This document shows positions 44,201-54,600 of a stretch of 55,813 nucleotides of DNA, piece by piece. The DNA is from a virus (lineage: Duplodnaviria; Caudoviricetes). The stretch covers positions 1 to 55,813 of the IMG/VR virus record IMGVR_UViG_3300002460_000038. One strand, 5' to 3'. The position numbers were made by a program, and so were the translations under genes. Every line of letters starts with the position of its first letter. The stretch's first letter is position 1. The notes beneath the pieces were generated by a model. The model searched no databases, had not been told where the DNA came from, and saw nothing but the letters and a program-made list of their open reading frames with translations.

Positions 44201-44741
44201 GGCGTGCACGCTGGGCGAGGCGCGGGCCTTCACGCCGATTGTCGACGGCACGAGCTTGGACGCGTCCTCGTTCACCACGCACGCCAACGAGCCAGATGAA
44301 CTGATTCTGTCGTTCTCGACGCCGAAGTTGGCCACCGACATCGCGTTTTCGGTGGACGGTAACATCGAGCTGTACGAGTGGGCACCGCTGGTGGATGCAG
44401 CGCTGCCGGTGGGGCGCACGCTCTGGGATTCCGGGCCTGTCGACCTCGGAACGCGCGCGGCGTGGGTGCCCTTCATCACGCTCAAGGCGAAGCTGACAGG
44501 CACCCTCACCATCACGCCGTACGTGGACGACGTGGCGCAGACGGCCATCACCGTGGCCGCCCAGAGCGGCAATCCCATCACCACGTATGACGCCTATCTC
44601 ACGCGACCGGTGCGAGGGCGGCAGGTGCGCTTCGTCCTGTCGGCGAGCAGCGCCTTCTATCTTTATTGGCTGGAACCGCGGTACCGGTTGACCGGCAATG
44701 ACACTGATTTGCGCCGGACGCGACTGACGGTGGCGGCCTAA
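41253..44741 (+). CDS. tail nozzle/stabilisation protein with extra repeated domains
   Basis: DFSRG...ADN..D..G....R.G N-terminus; position before ejection genes; 1162 aa beta-rich. Confidence 0.65.
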   Translation: MGILERSDFSRGWCPSYDAVHAPSNGLLRADNTILDEKGVLAIRRGSAKINGSALADLDVHSLFTAVLSGTRYRMAGAGAAVYANSTSIATGTAGSGDISFGSYLGNILWARSTTKKKYDGTTVRNWGIAAPNAAPTSVAIAADGKTFASFDSVEAPAFVVNEDDGTGAAFGAGYDGTANGALIINPNTTTGRLRVTKTFAAATDFTTYDAAQTGLDTDLIGFYVYITEPQYVSSVTLQIDFDTGTFQNNQYYYIWWFNQRDEQGNLLTATPSVGWNFLQVKRSEMNRYDGATAGLNWSTVRAVRVDVLQTAGGSGAQIRFDRLRIVGGSSSPLTGLQRYKLVAVYNSGSQFGKSAPTAASSDIEVTAQGVQLTVAAGVISALDAQVNELWVYRYNETLGEYYRSKVHTGGPWGGAQTINDTASNDSVLTTNLKIEATNTTPPDTIVGIVGPHYDRVLCLTATHVYPSQPRNVDSFDSEQAIRVGDASETAYWIAKVREELYVGTSKDVYRLAGDWTQRPDGLVNVAKVPMGLGSPPISAAIAQDGDTLIYLASDGWRQLGTQVPLTSGDVDLLYRGYTRHGVSPVNLSTGRLKAAITKGWFTALTPEGASTTSSTVLHRYVPALQRWYRHTYARNWRCVYREPDGTLVASDDAGFVWTLDTGTQDDGSDVAVVLWTPIEDNGQPNHRKDAWEIRVRANSGGATATVAVHLDGSGSSSTSFSVASSGLTPVSSALDSLSPYRQSQLRVTGSFGTFLWYDYTLSYRERAPIVVFAEPKPEVRGTRRRRFAGLTLVMDTLGGAASVTPVIDDVAQAAQNVTTSDAVSTPITFANVVGRDLWAKISKSDGFEYYAQEPIVVAEFPPVVRGRLPDNDDGYPFRKRLIGLRIRACTLGAARTFTPIVDGVSLDTFAHTSSADDPDDILHYFTTQQIGTEVAFSVDGNLEVYSWGPITQQRFPQPVRGRIADSNAGRPGPKQITGLRIRACTLGEARAFTPIVDGTSLDASSFTTHANEPDELILSFSTPKLATDIAFSVDGNIELYEWAPLVDAALPVGRTLWDSGPVDLGTRAAWVPFITLKAKLTGTLTITPYVDDVAQTAITVAAQSGNPITTYDAYLTRPVRGRQVRFVLSASSAFYLYWLEPRYRLTGNDTDLRRTRLTVAA

Positions 44742-45719
44742 ATGGCGAGAATCCCCTTCTCGGTTGCCATCGGTGAGATTCAGCAGTCTTTCCGCGACGT
44801 CTGGTCGACGCTCGCGCCGCTGGCCGAGGCGACTCCGTTCGATTGGAAGAAACGCCGCCTGATCAATCTGGCTGACGCCGTCAGTAAGACGGACGCCGTC
44901 ACCAAACAGCAACTCGACGCGGTGCGGGCGCTCGTCACGGGCATCAACGAAGAAGACCAGCCGACAACCGGCGCGCTCTCTGTCGGGTCCGGGAAGGTGC
45001 GCCGCGGCGCGTTCAGCACGCGCGGTGCCGCCTCGTCGCACGCGGGGGAATGGTTCCTTGCGTCCGACCACAACAACGTGACCTGGTACAGCACCGGCGC
45101 GGCCTGGGTCTACGTGGCGGGCGTGATGTACGGGACGCTCTCGCCCGACCTGAAGCCGACGGGACTTGGCACGAACGACGCGAACTACCGATTTCGCTCG
45201 ACGGACTTCCTGCGGGAGTACCGCTGGACCGGCTCGGCGTGGGAAGACGCACCAGGGCAACCGGCGCGCGGCACCATCGCCTATTTCACCGACGGGCTGC
45301 TGCCTGGCACGGGCTGGTCGCTGTGCAACGCGACGGCAGGTGTGACGCGGTCGACGCCGACGGGCGGCACGACGACCTTTACGACGCCGGACCTGACTGC
45401 GAGCAATCGGTTCATTCGGTCCGTGGCCACGACGACGGGCGGCACCGGCGGGGCGGCGATGACGCACACGCATCAAGTGGACCCGCCGAGCACGACCAGC
45501 GGCGCGCCGAACATCAACACCACGAGCGGTGCGGGCGCAACGACGGAAGTGCAGGCTGGCTCTGGCACGGTTGTGGCGAGTTCGACCCATACGCACCTGA
45601 TGGAGAGCCATACGCACGCGACCGACATCGCGGCGTTTGCGAGCGCTGGCCCTTCTGGCACTGGCGGCGACGACGCGTTGCCGCCATACCTCAACCTTAG
45701 ACCGTATATTAGATTGTGA
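44742..45719 (+). CDS. tail fibre protein with collar-like C-terminus
   Basis: GTIAYF....PGTGWSLCN..TPDL...RFIR; HTH/HSH-type His repeats; LPPY. Confidence 0.75.
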   Translation: MARIPFSVAIGEIQQSFRDVWSTLAPLAEATPFDWKKRRLINLADAVSKTDAVTKQQLDAVRALVTGINEEDQPTTGALSVGSGKVRRGAFSTRGAASSHAGEWFLASDHNNVTWYSTGAAWVYVAGVMYGTLSPDLKPTGLGTNDANYRFRSTDFLREYRWTGSAWEDAPGQPARGTIAYFTDGLLPGTGWSLCNATAGVTRSTPTGGTTTFTTPDLTASNRFIRSVATTTGGTGGAAMTHTHQVDPPSTTSGAPNINTTSGAGATTEVQAGSGTVVASSTHTHLMESHTHATDIAAFASAGPSGTGGDDALPPYLNLRPYIRL

Positions 45720-45721
45720 CC

Positions 45722-46396
45722 TTATAAATGGTCGTCAAATCGCACGACGGACGGCGGACGGCAATGCAGCAACCGAATGGGAATGCCCAGATTCTGCAGA
45801 TCGCGCCTGAGCATCAAGCGCACCGGCGCATCTGGGAACTCGCTCGCCATCATGCGCAGCTTGTCGTCTGTGTCTTGGCGACGTTGGCCCTTGACCTCCA
45901 CGTAGGTTTGCCAGCCGTCGACCCAGAAATCTGGCGTGAACCGGCGACCATCCGACAGCAGGAAGGACCTTGGTTCGTAGCTCCAGCGAAGGCAGTTGTC
46001 ATCAAGCCATCTGGCGAAATGAACCTCGAATCCTCCCCTGAGGCGACAGACATCGCCATTCCTGCGGCGATACTCGATAGGCGCCCGCAGTGGCTTCCTG
46101 GTGCCAGCGCTGTACGTCGCTTGGAGCTTGCGTCTAAAACGTCGTCGGTAACGCGCGTCGGTGGTGAGTCGGCGGTGATGGTGCTCATGAAGATTCGCAG
46201 GTCCGGTGACTCGATTCTTCGCGTCCTTTGGAAGCGTCCAGGTGTGCCGGCCTGGAATAGCGCTGTCGGCCAGTCGCCGCCGAATGACTCTGTCGGAACA
46301 GCCGAACCGCGCAGCGATGGCGCGCATCGACAGCCGGTCTTCGGTGTAGAGCCGTCTAATCTCTGCGTCGTCGACTGGCGTGCGGGGTCTAGGCAT
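45722..46396 (-). CDS. HTH plus PD-(D/E)XK endonuclease, antisense
   Basis: LSMRAIAARFGCS; FE..FA.WLD....W.YEP....FTPDF....YVEVKG. Confidence 0.8.
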   Translation of the reverse strand: MPRPRTPVDDAEIRRLYTEDRLSMRAIAARFGCSDRVIRRRLADSAIPGRHTWTLPKDAKNRVTGPANLHEHHHRRLTTDARYRRRFRRKLQATYSAGTRKPLRAPIEYRRRNGDVCRLRGGFEVHFARWLDDNCLRWSYEPRSFLLSDGRRFTPDFWVDGWQTYVEVKGQRRQDTDDKLRMMASEFPDAPVRLMLRRDLQNLGIPIRLLHCRPPSVVRFDDHL

Positions 46397-46447
46397 CTAC
46401 GTAACTCTACAATAATTGGCGTCCTTTCGATAGTGAGGGTATAGCTC

Positions 46448-47050
46448 ATGCCTCTTCCCCTTCTTCCCTTGGCGATTGCTGGTGCGAGCGGCTTGGTCGG
46501 CGCCCTCAGCAACCGTGGCCGGACATCCAAGTCGTCCCAGACGACGACGCAATCGACCACGCCTGAAGCGGACGGCCTCAATAGTGTGCTGATGAACCTG
46601 ATTCGCTCGCGCCTGCAGGGCAGCACGGACCTGAGCGGCTACAGCGCCGAGGGCATCAAGGGCATCAACGCGACGTACGACGACGCGAACACGGGCCTGA
46701 GCGCCGAGCTGACCGCGCGGGGACTGTCTGATTCGCCGGCTGCGGCGGCGCCGTTGTCGCGCATGGCTGCGGGGCGCGCCGGGACCATCTCGCAGTTCCG
46801 GAACAGCCTGCCGCTCGTGCAGCGACAACTGCAGGAGGACGACATGGGCATGGCGTCGCGGCTCTACGCGCTCCAGCCACGGACCGTGACGAGCACGGGA
46901 ACCCACACGACGCCTGGCAACATGCTGGGCGGTGGCCTGAGCGACATGGCGTCGATGCTCGCGTTCCTGTATGGGTCAGGTGCGTTCGGTGGTGCCGGCG
47001 GCGGCTCGCCATCCACCGGCCTCAACTTGTTCCAGATTCCGCGCATCTAG
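46448..47050 (+). CDS. DNA ejection/pilot protein (putative)
   Basis: Hydrophobic Gly/Ala N-terminus; ARGLSDS; position. Confidence 0.6.
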   Translation: MPLPLLPLAIAGASGLVGALSNRGRTSKSSQTTTQSTTPEADGLNSVLMNLIRSRLQGSTDLSGYSAEGIKGINATYDDANTGLSAELTARGLSDSPAAAAPLSRMAAGRAGTISQFRNSLPLVQRQLQEDDMGMASRLYALQPRTVTSTGTHTTPGNMLGGGLSDMASMLAFLYGSGAFGGAGGGSPSTGLNLFQIPRI

Positions 47051-47059
47051 GAGGCCCTG

Positions 47060-48649
47060 ATGGCGGTCGACCAGATCATCAACGCATTCGTGGCGGGTCG
47101 GCAGATCCGCGACGCGCAGCTCCGGAAGCAGCAGGAAGCCGAGGACCGGAAGCTCGAGCAGGAAGGGCTTGCGCTGCGCCTGAAGCATCTGAAGCTCGAA
47201 GAGAAGCTCCAGGCGCGCACCCTGGCGAAGCAGAACCTCGATTTGATGCAGGGCTTGCCCGAGGCGCAGTTGACCGAAGGTGGCGTGTTGCCGGCGAGCG
47301 GTCCTGGGCTCGTGACCCAGCGAAAGAAGGTGACGATTCCAGGCGTCGAAGAGCTCGGCGTCGAGGGCCTGACCGTGCAACCGCAGAGCATGGAAGAGGT
47401 GCTCGCGGCGCGCGCCGCCGAGGACCGCCGGAAGATTCTCGAGATTCTCGGCACGCCGCGGGAGGTGGGCGGGCGTCTCGTGACGCCAGCCGGGCCAGAC
47501 GGGAAACCCGTCGTGCACTACGAGCCACCGAAGGAAGCCAAGGCGGTCACGTTCCGCAATGAAGTCCGTCTCGTGGACGGCCGTCGTCGTGACGTCCTGC
47601 TCGGCTCTGACGGGAACTGGTACATGCCCGGTGCCGGCACACCGTTCACCGGAAAAGTGGAACCGGTCCCAGAGAAGACTGGCGACGGTGATGGCACGTC
47701 AAAGATCACGGCCGCACAGAGGAATCAGGCGGAGCGGTGGAAGTTCACGCAACTTGACAATCTGGAGCAGGAGTACCGCGACTCTCACGCGCCAGCTGGC
47801 GCGAGCGGCACCACGATTCAGAACGCTGACGGGTCGGTGATTTCGCTCGGCGGCGGCTCTGGGCGTTCGAAGCGGTCGCCGATGCCGCCGGAAGAACTGG
47901 ACACGCGCAAGCTCCAGATCGAGAACGCGTACCGCCTGCAGGTCGGTTTGCAGCCTCACACGTCGGCTGCCGCCACGTCTACGCCCGCACTGACGACCAC
48001 GCCTGATTCCGCATCGCGCCGTACGCCTGTGGCCGCGCGTGGGACTGGGTACCAGCCACCCGCGTCGAGGGCGTCAGCGCCAGTAGCCGCCGAGCCGGTG
48101 TCCAAAGCGGCCGGCATCACGGTCATGGCGCAGGGACAGCCTTACGTGTTCGACACCCAGGAACAGGCTGACGCGTTCTTGCGGGACGTCGAGTCGGTAT
48201 CTTCTGCCCCAGTGGCTTCGGCACCAGCACCTGCGACCTCGCGTGCGGCCGCCGTGCGGCCTGCGCCTGTGGCGGCGCGGCTGGTACCCCGTCCCGCGCC
48301 CAGGTCAAAAGCGTCGGCGACATCGCCAGCGCTGGCCAAGGCAAAGACGACCAGCGCACCCGCACGGACGCCACGCGAGCCTGTGCGGCTCGTAAAAGGC
48401 ACGACATCGACGCCAGCGGATTCGTTCCGCAGCGTCGCCGAGGCCGCGCGCCGAGTCTGGGGTGAAGTCGCCTCCAGGGCCACCGGCACGCATCGCCTCA
48501 TTGCCAAGATCAACGAGGACGCGAAGAAGCACGGCGGGTTGAAGGGGCTGCTCGCGTACGTGGATGCCAACGCGGACAAGCTGCGGAACAACGGTTTTCG
48601 GGTGGAGCAGTATCGAAAAGCCATCGTGGCGAGGATGCGGGACGAGTAG
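47060..48649 (+). CDS. internal virion/ejection protein (putative)
   Basis: RBS aggagg; coiled-coil N-terminus; position. Confidence 0.6.
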   Translation: MAVDQIINAFVAGRQIRDAQLRKQQEAEDRKLEQEGLALRLKHLKLEEKLQARTLAKQNLDLMQGLPEAQLTEGGVLPASGPGLVTQRKKVTIPGVEELGVEGLTVQPQSMEEVLAARAAEDRRKILEILGTPREVGGRLVTPAGPDGKPVVHYEPPKEAKAVTFRNEVRLVDGRRRDVLLGSDGNWYMPGAGTPFTGKVEPVPEKTGDGDGTSKITAAQRNQAERWKFTQLDNLEQEYRDSHAPAGASGTTIQNADGSVISLGGGSGRSKRSPMPPEELDTRKLQIENAYRLQVGLQPHTSAAATSTPALTTTPDSASRRTPVAARGTGYQPPASRASAPVAAEPVSKAAGITVMAQGQPYVFDTQEQADAFLRDVESVSSAPVASAPAPATSRAAAVRPAPVAARLVPRPAPRSKASATSPALAKAKTTSAPARTPREPVRLVKGTTSTPADSFRSVAEAARRVWGEVASRATGTHRLIAKINEDAKKHGGLKGLLAYVDANADKLRNNGFRVEQYRKAIVARMRDE

Positions 48650-51600
48650 ATGCCGCAGGCCCTCGACATCGAGGCGCTCGTCCGCAAGCACGGTGGCCGA
48701 CCGGCGCCGGCTGCACCGCCGATGGACCTTGCCGCGATTGCTCGCAAGCACGGCGGCCGGTCGGCCACGTCGGCGCCAGACGACGAACCGGCGTTCCGCC
48801 GGTGGTACGCCGACATGGCGGACCAACACGACCTGAATCCTGACCCGGACTCTACGGAGCAGTTTTACGACTATCGTGCGGCGTTCAGGGCCGACGCGAC
48901 GCCAGATGCGTCAGGACACTGGCCGTCCGATTTCAAGCGCGAGGGCCACCCGAACCTTGTCGTCGGTGGCTTCCACGTGCAGACCGGTGAACGCGTGCCT
49001 GGCACGCCGCGCGTGAGCGAGCCGGAGTTAGTGCAACTCGGATGGGACACTGAGACCGCGAAGCGGCTGGCGGCGCTCCCAGAGCCCGCAGACGCTCCGC
49101 CAGCGACGTTCCTCGAACGACTGACTGACCTCGGCATCTCCGCGCTGAAGGGTGCCATCGGCGTACCTGAGGCGGCGCTCGGGCTCGCAGACATTCCCAC
49201 GGGGGGTCGCGCTGGCAAAGTGCTTGAATCCGTCGGCTTTAACCCAAAGCTCGCGAAGAGCATCCTCGACAGCTTCTACTCGCAGCAGCAGCAGCAGGCG
49301 AACCGCTCGCTTGCGGAGGCGAAGGGGCTCGTCGACACCGCTGTCACGGCCATGAAGAACCCCTCGACGATCGTGCAGGCGGTCGTCGAATCGCTGCCGA
49401 CGATGCTGTTAGGCGCAGGCGTGGCGCGTGGCCTCGTGCGCGTTGGCGCGCCTGTCCTCGGTGCGGCGGCAGCCGGCGAAGGCGCCGTGTCGGCCGGGCT
49501 CGCGGCCGAAGGGATGCGTGGGGAGAGCGACACGGGGACGCTGACGCCGAAACAGGCCGCGCTTGCCGTGGCGTCCGGCGTCGGCACGGGTGCACTCGGC
49601 TTCCTCGGTGGGCGCATCGCGGAACGACTCGGTATTGCCGACATCGACACGCTCCTCGCTGGTGCGGTGAAAGATCGGACAGCCCGCACCAATCTCGTCA
49701 AGGGCGTCGTCTTCGGCGCCGTGCAGGAAGGCTTCCTCGAGGAACTGCCGCAGTCGGTGCAGGAGCAGGTCCTGCAGAACATTGCGCAGAACCGCCCGTG
49801 GGAGGACGGCATCGACCAGGCCGCGGTGCTCGGCGCCATCGCCGGCGCCGTGATGGGCGGCGGCGGTCAGGTGGTCAATGCTGCACGGCCCACTGCGCGA
49901 CCGAGTAGCCCGCCTGCAGACACTCCAGCGCCAATACCGACGCCGGCGCCGGCGGTTACTGCGCCAGTCGCCGCGACGCCTGGACCGACGCCTATCGAGC
50001 AGATGGCCGCGAAACACGGCGGTCGGCCCGCAGGCACGCCGTTGCCGATTCCAGGTCCTCTGCCAGGATCGACGCAGACGACGGCACAAGCTCCGGTGGC
50101 CGCGAGCGCGCCGCCCACGACCGTGGAAGCGCCGCAGGCGGCATCGCCTCAGCCCGCGGCCGCTCCGGTCGCTCCGCCCACGGTGGTCGCCGGAGAACCA
50201 CCCCGCGCGCAGCTCGAGGCGCGTGTCATCGCCGCGCGTGCGGAAGGCCGCGAGGACTACGACGCGATTGAGAAGCTGCAAGCGCTTGAGCCATCGCAGC
50301 AGTCAGATATTGCCGCCATCGCTGAGAAGCATGGCGGGCGGTTGGTCGGAGAGGGCGAGGCGGCGTCGCGCACTGCACCTACTCTGCCGTTGTCCGTTGC
50401 AGAGTTGCAGCAGCAGGCCGTCATCGCTACCCGTCAGGAGGATTGGGGTACTGGGCGCGGAGGGGGCAAGCGCATTGGCGCCGGCATGGTGGTTGGCGCG
50501 ATGGGCGATCCGCCACGCGGCATCAAGACCTACCCTGATTTCGAACACTCGCCTGGTGTGACGTCTGACATATGGGACGAGCTTCGAGTGCTCGAAGACG
50601 AGGACAAGCGGATTGCCATCGGGGCGCTGCAGGCAGGAGTGGCGCCGGACGACGCATTCCGCCTGGTGTATACGCCCGCAGAACAGCGTGACGCTGCTCT
50701 CGTTGAATTGCGTGATGCCGCACGAGTGGTTGACAGATCGTCGACGTCGACGCCGGCCACGTCAGGGAATCCCTTCACGGCCAAGGCGATCCGTGCCCGC
50801 CGAGAGTATGAGCATCTCGTCCAGCCGACGGCGCGTGATAAATCGATGGCGACGGCGTTCCCTCTTGGTACTGGCTACGGACGCAAGGGCGGTGAACGAC
50901 GGCTCGACGCGACGATCGATAAGGCGGTCAAGGCTGAAGAAGCGCGAAAGACGGCGGAGTACCTGGAAGCGCAGTCGGCTGCATTCGATCGTGGTGAGAT
51001 CAACGCGCAAGGCCGGCGCATCACGGTCGCCTCGGTGGCGCGCAGTGAGAAGCGGCAGTCCAGCCAGCAGGGCCGGGAGGCGCGCATTGCCTCCGCCCGT
51101 GAGACGAGAGGCGACAAGCCCGCGTGGGCCGTGCCGGTGGCGATCTATGCCGACGCATCTGGACAGCTCGCTGGCAGCGGTCGGAAGCTCGTCGAGTCCG
51201 ATCATCGTGCATCAGTCGAGCAGGCGCTGTCGGAGGGCCATCCTGTACCAGATAACGTCCTGGCGGATTACTCTGACCTCAAGGTCGACACGATCGACAC
51301 CGGTGAACAGCAGCCCCGCCTGCCAGAAGCCGGCGCTGTCAGGGAACAGGCCGTGCCGACGCCACAACTGGAGGCGCCGTTCTCCCTCGCCGGCGAGGCC
51401 GACACGCCTCGCGACTTCGAACAGGGCGGAGGCGGAGGCGGCGAGTCGAACGTCGGCATGTTCGCTGAGCCAGAACCCACGACGGCGCAACTGCCGCAGA
51501 CCCAGACCGACAGTCGCCTATTCCCACCGCCTGGCGCACCAGCCGTGACAGGCACCATCCGTCCGGCGGAGTTCCCGGAGCTCGTCGAGCTGGCGAAGCG

Positions 51601-54600
51601 GCTTCAGGACACCCCTGACGTCGTCAAGGCATTCCGCAAGGTCGGCAAGATGGGCGAGTTCCGCCCCGGCGGCATTCGACTCGCCGCCGAACTCTTCAAG
51701 AAAGGGAACGAGTATCAGCTCGCCGGCGCACTCGCCCACGAAATCGGACATCTGGTCGATTGGCTCCCCGACAAGACGCTGAAGCGGGGCAACCTGATCG
51801 GCCGTCTGCTCACGCTGCAGTCGTTCTTGAAGCACACGTTTACGGCGCTTGACGGCACGACGGTGAAGAATGCCGACGTACGGAAGGAGTTGATGGCCCT
51901 GTCCGACGCCTGGCGCCCGTGGAACCGTGCCACGGCGTCCGCGTCCTTCCGGGCCTACCGGCACAGCGGGAAGGAACTCTACGCCGACGCGATCTCGGTT
52001 CTGCTGAACAACCCAGGGATGTTGGAGGCGCAGGCGCCGATCTTCTATCGCGAGTTCTTTGCGGCCCTCGACCGGAAGCCGGACGTGGAGCGCGCGTACT
52101 TCGACCTGCAGGAGGTGCTCTCCGGCACGCGCGACGAACTGGTGTGGCGACGGAGGTCCGGCGTCCGCCGCATGTTCGAGGAAGGCGACGCGAAGGCGCT
52201 CGACCTCGAACGTCGGCGCGTGGAGACACTCAAGCAGCGCGGCAAGGATTTGTGGTTCCGGCTGAAAACACAGCTCGTCGACAAGAACTACGCCGTCATC
52301 GACCGCGTGCGGTCGCTGCAGAAGCAGGGTGTCCGCATCGCGGACGACGACAACCCGCTGTACCTGCTCGAAGAGCGGAACTATCTCGGCGGCAAATTGA
52401 AAGCGTTCACCGAGCGCCACTTCGCGCCGATCTTCAAGACGCTGACCGAGGCTGACGTGTCGTGGCACGCCTTCAGCGAAGCACTCTTCTACGAACGTAT
52501 CATCGCGGGCGACCGCTCCGAGCTGGCGAACCCGCGCGGACTCAGCCCGAAGGCCGCTGCGGAGTTATACGACAGCCTCAAGACCGAGTTGGGCGGTGAG
52601 CGCTCGCGCATCCTCAGCCAGTCCATTCCCGCGTTTCGAGCGGTCGTCAAAGGCGTGGCCGAGGATGCCCACGACGCAGGGCTCTACACGGATGAACTCT
52701 ATGCGCAGATGCAGGCGAATCCGGCGTACGTCTCGTTCCAGGTCCTCGACCACATGGAAGACGGTGTCACGTCGCGGGTGCACAGGCAGATCGGCACGCT
52801 CAAGGACATCGCCAACGTCGCCGACGCGTCGATCCTGAAAACACTGGTCACGTTGCGCGCGATCGAGCACCAGAAGGTGAAGCGGGCGACGTTTACGTTT
52901 CTCAAACAGCAGTACGCGGGGGACATTCATCCCGCCAAGACGGTGTGGAGTGGCAAGGGCCATCGCCCGATCGAGTCGAAGGACCCCGACCAGAAGCTGA
53001 TTACCTACTTTGAGAAGGGCAAACTCGCCGGCTACTACGTCGACCCGTACGTCGCGGCGGCACTTGAGAACGAATCGGTCGGTCAGAATTGGGCGGTCCT
53101 GCAGCTCCTGCGTGTGCCGAACAAGGTGTTCCGTCCGCTCTTCACGTCGCTGAACCTCGGATTCCAAGGGTTCAACGTCATGCGGGACTTCTGGCGCTTC
53201 TGGAAGAACGTCCCGACGATGACGCTGCCGCGCGCCATGAAGCGGTATCTCGAGGCTGTCCCTGTGGCCAAGCTGAGAGCGTTTGGTACGCCGGACCGTG
53301 CCATGACGCCGAAGGAGCTCGCCGCCTACAAGGACCTTCTCGATGCCGAAGAGGCACAGATCCTCTCGGTCACGTTTAATGATCTGATTCTCGGTCGTCA
53401 GGTCGAGGACACGCAGGTCGAGGACATCCTGGCGCGCACCGGTGTTGGTGGGTTCCGCGTGACGCCGCGGCATCCGTTCACGCGTCCATTTCTCACGGTG
53501 CTCGAGTGGATCAAGGAGACGGGGGACTTCATTGAAACGCTGCCGAAGGCGGCTGGCCTCTACGAGTTCAAGGGAAAAGGCCCCATTGCCGGCATCACGG
53601 CGGCGCAGCGGAGTTTCATCCGTCGCAAGGTCGGCAGCCCGGATTACCTCGCGGGTGGCACCCTCAAGCCGGTCAGCAATGAATTGTTTCTGTTCTCCAA
53701 CGCCATCACCCAGGCGATGCGCTCGGATCTCGAAGTCGCGACCGAATCAAAGACGCGCAGCGGATTCTGGTGGAAGACGGCGAAGCTGAATCTCTTGCCA
53801 AAGGTACTGCTGTGGGGCGCGCTGTCCGGCCTACTCGGTGACACCTTGCGACGGCTCCTGCAACGCACCAGCGAGTACGACCGGACGAACTACCTCATTC
53901 TGCCGCTGGGAGAAGACGAGCGAGGAAACACCGTGTACGTCCGGTTGCCGCAGGATGACAGCGGGCGCCTGATTGGCGGGCTGTTCTGGAAGCTCCTACA
54001 AATCGCGCGGGGAGAACCGGACGTGGTGAAAACGCTGGCGCAGGTGGTCGACTACACGGCCGGTCAGGTCCCCAGCGTGACGCCAGCGATCACGGCCGGC
54101 AAGGATGTCGTCTCGTTCGCCGCCGGCCAGAACCCCTACGATGATTTCCGGGGCCGGAATCTCTTTACCGACGACGAGTTGAAGGCACGGGACTGGCGAT
54201 CCCTGAAGAAGTTTGTCGGCTACGAATTCCAGAATTTGGGCGGCGGCATCGTCTGGAAATTCTATCCAGGCGAGCAGCGCCCTCGCGATCTGTCGCGCGG
54301 CCAGCGCATTCTCGATCTACCGGTCCTCTCGAACGTCATCGGCCGGTTCATTCGTGTGACGAACTTCGGCGAGGTCGAATCGCTCCGCGGGGCAAAGGCG
54401 ACGACAGAACGTGACGAAGCCCGGCGTCGTCTCCGAGAACGCGAGGCGGTCTACGACACCGTGCGGGCGCTTGGGGCGGCGCCGAAGCCTGGTGCGGTGA
54501 TCGTGGCAGCCGCCAAAATCGCCGGCGAGCTGTACCCAGATGACCCAAAAGAAGCCGGGCGCAGGATGCCAGAGCTCCGGCAGGCCATCAGCCTTGGCCT

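Noticed and set aside
37926-45719. Diversity-generating retroelement or invertible tail cassette
   Set aside because: No reverse transcriptase, invertase or template/variable repeat pair seen
47065-47080. ggtcgaccagatcatc shared with the endolysin start (55402)
   Set aside because: Short match explained by common codons for VDQII
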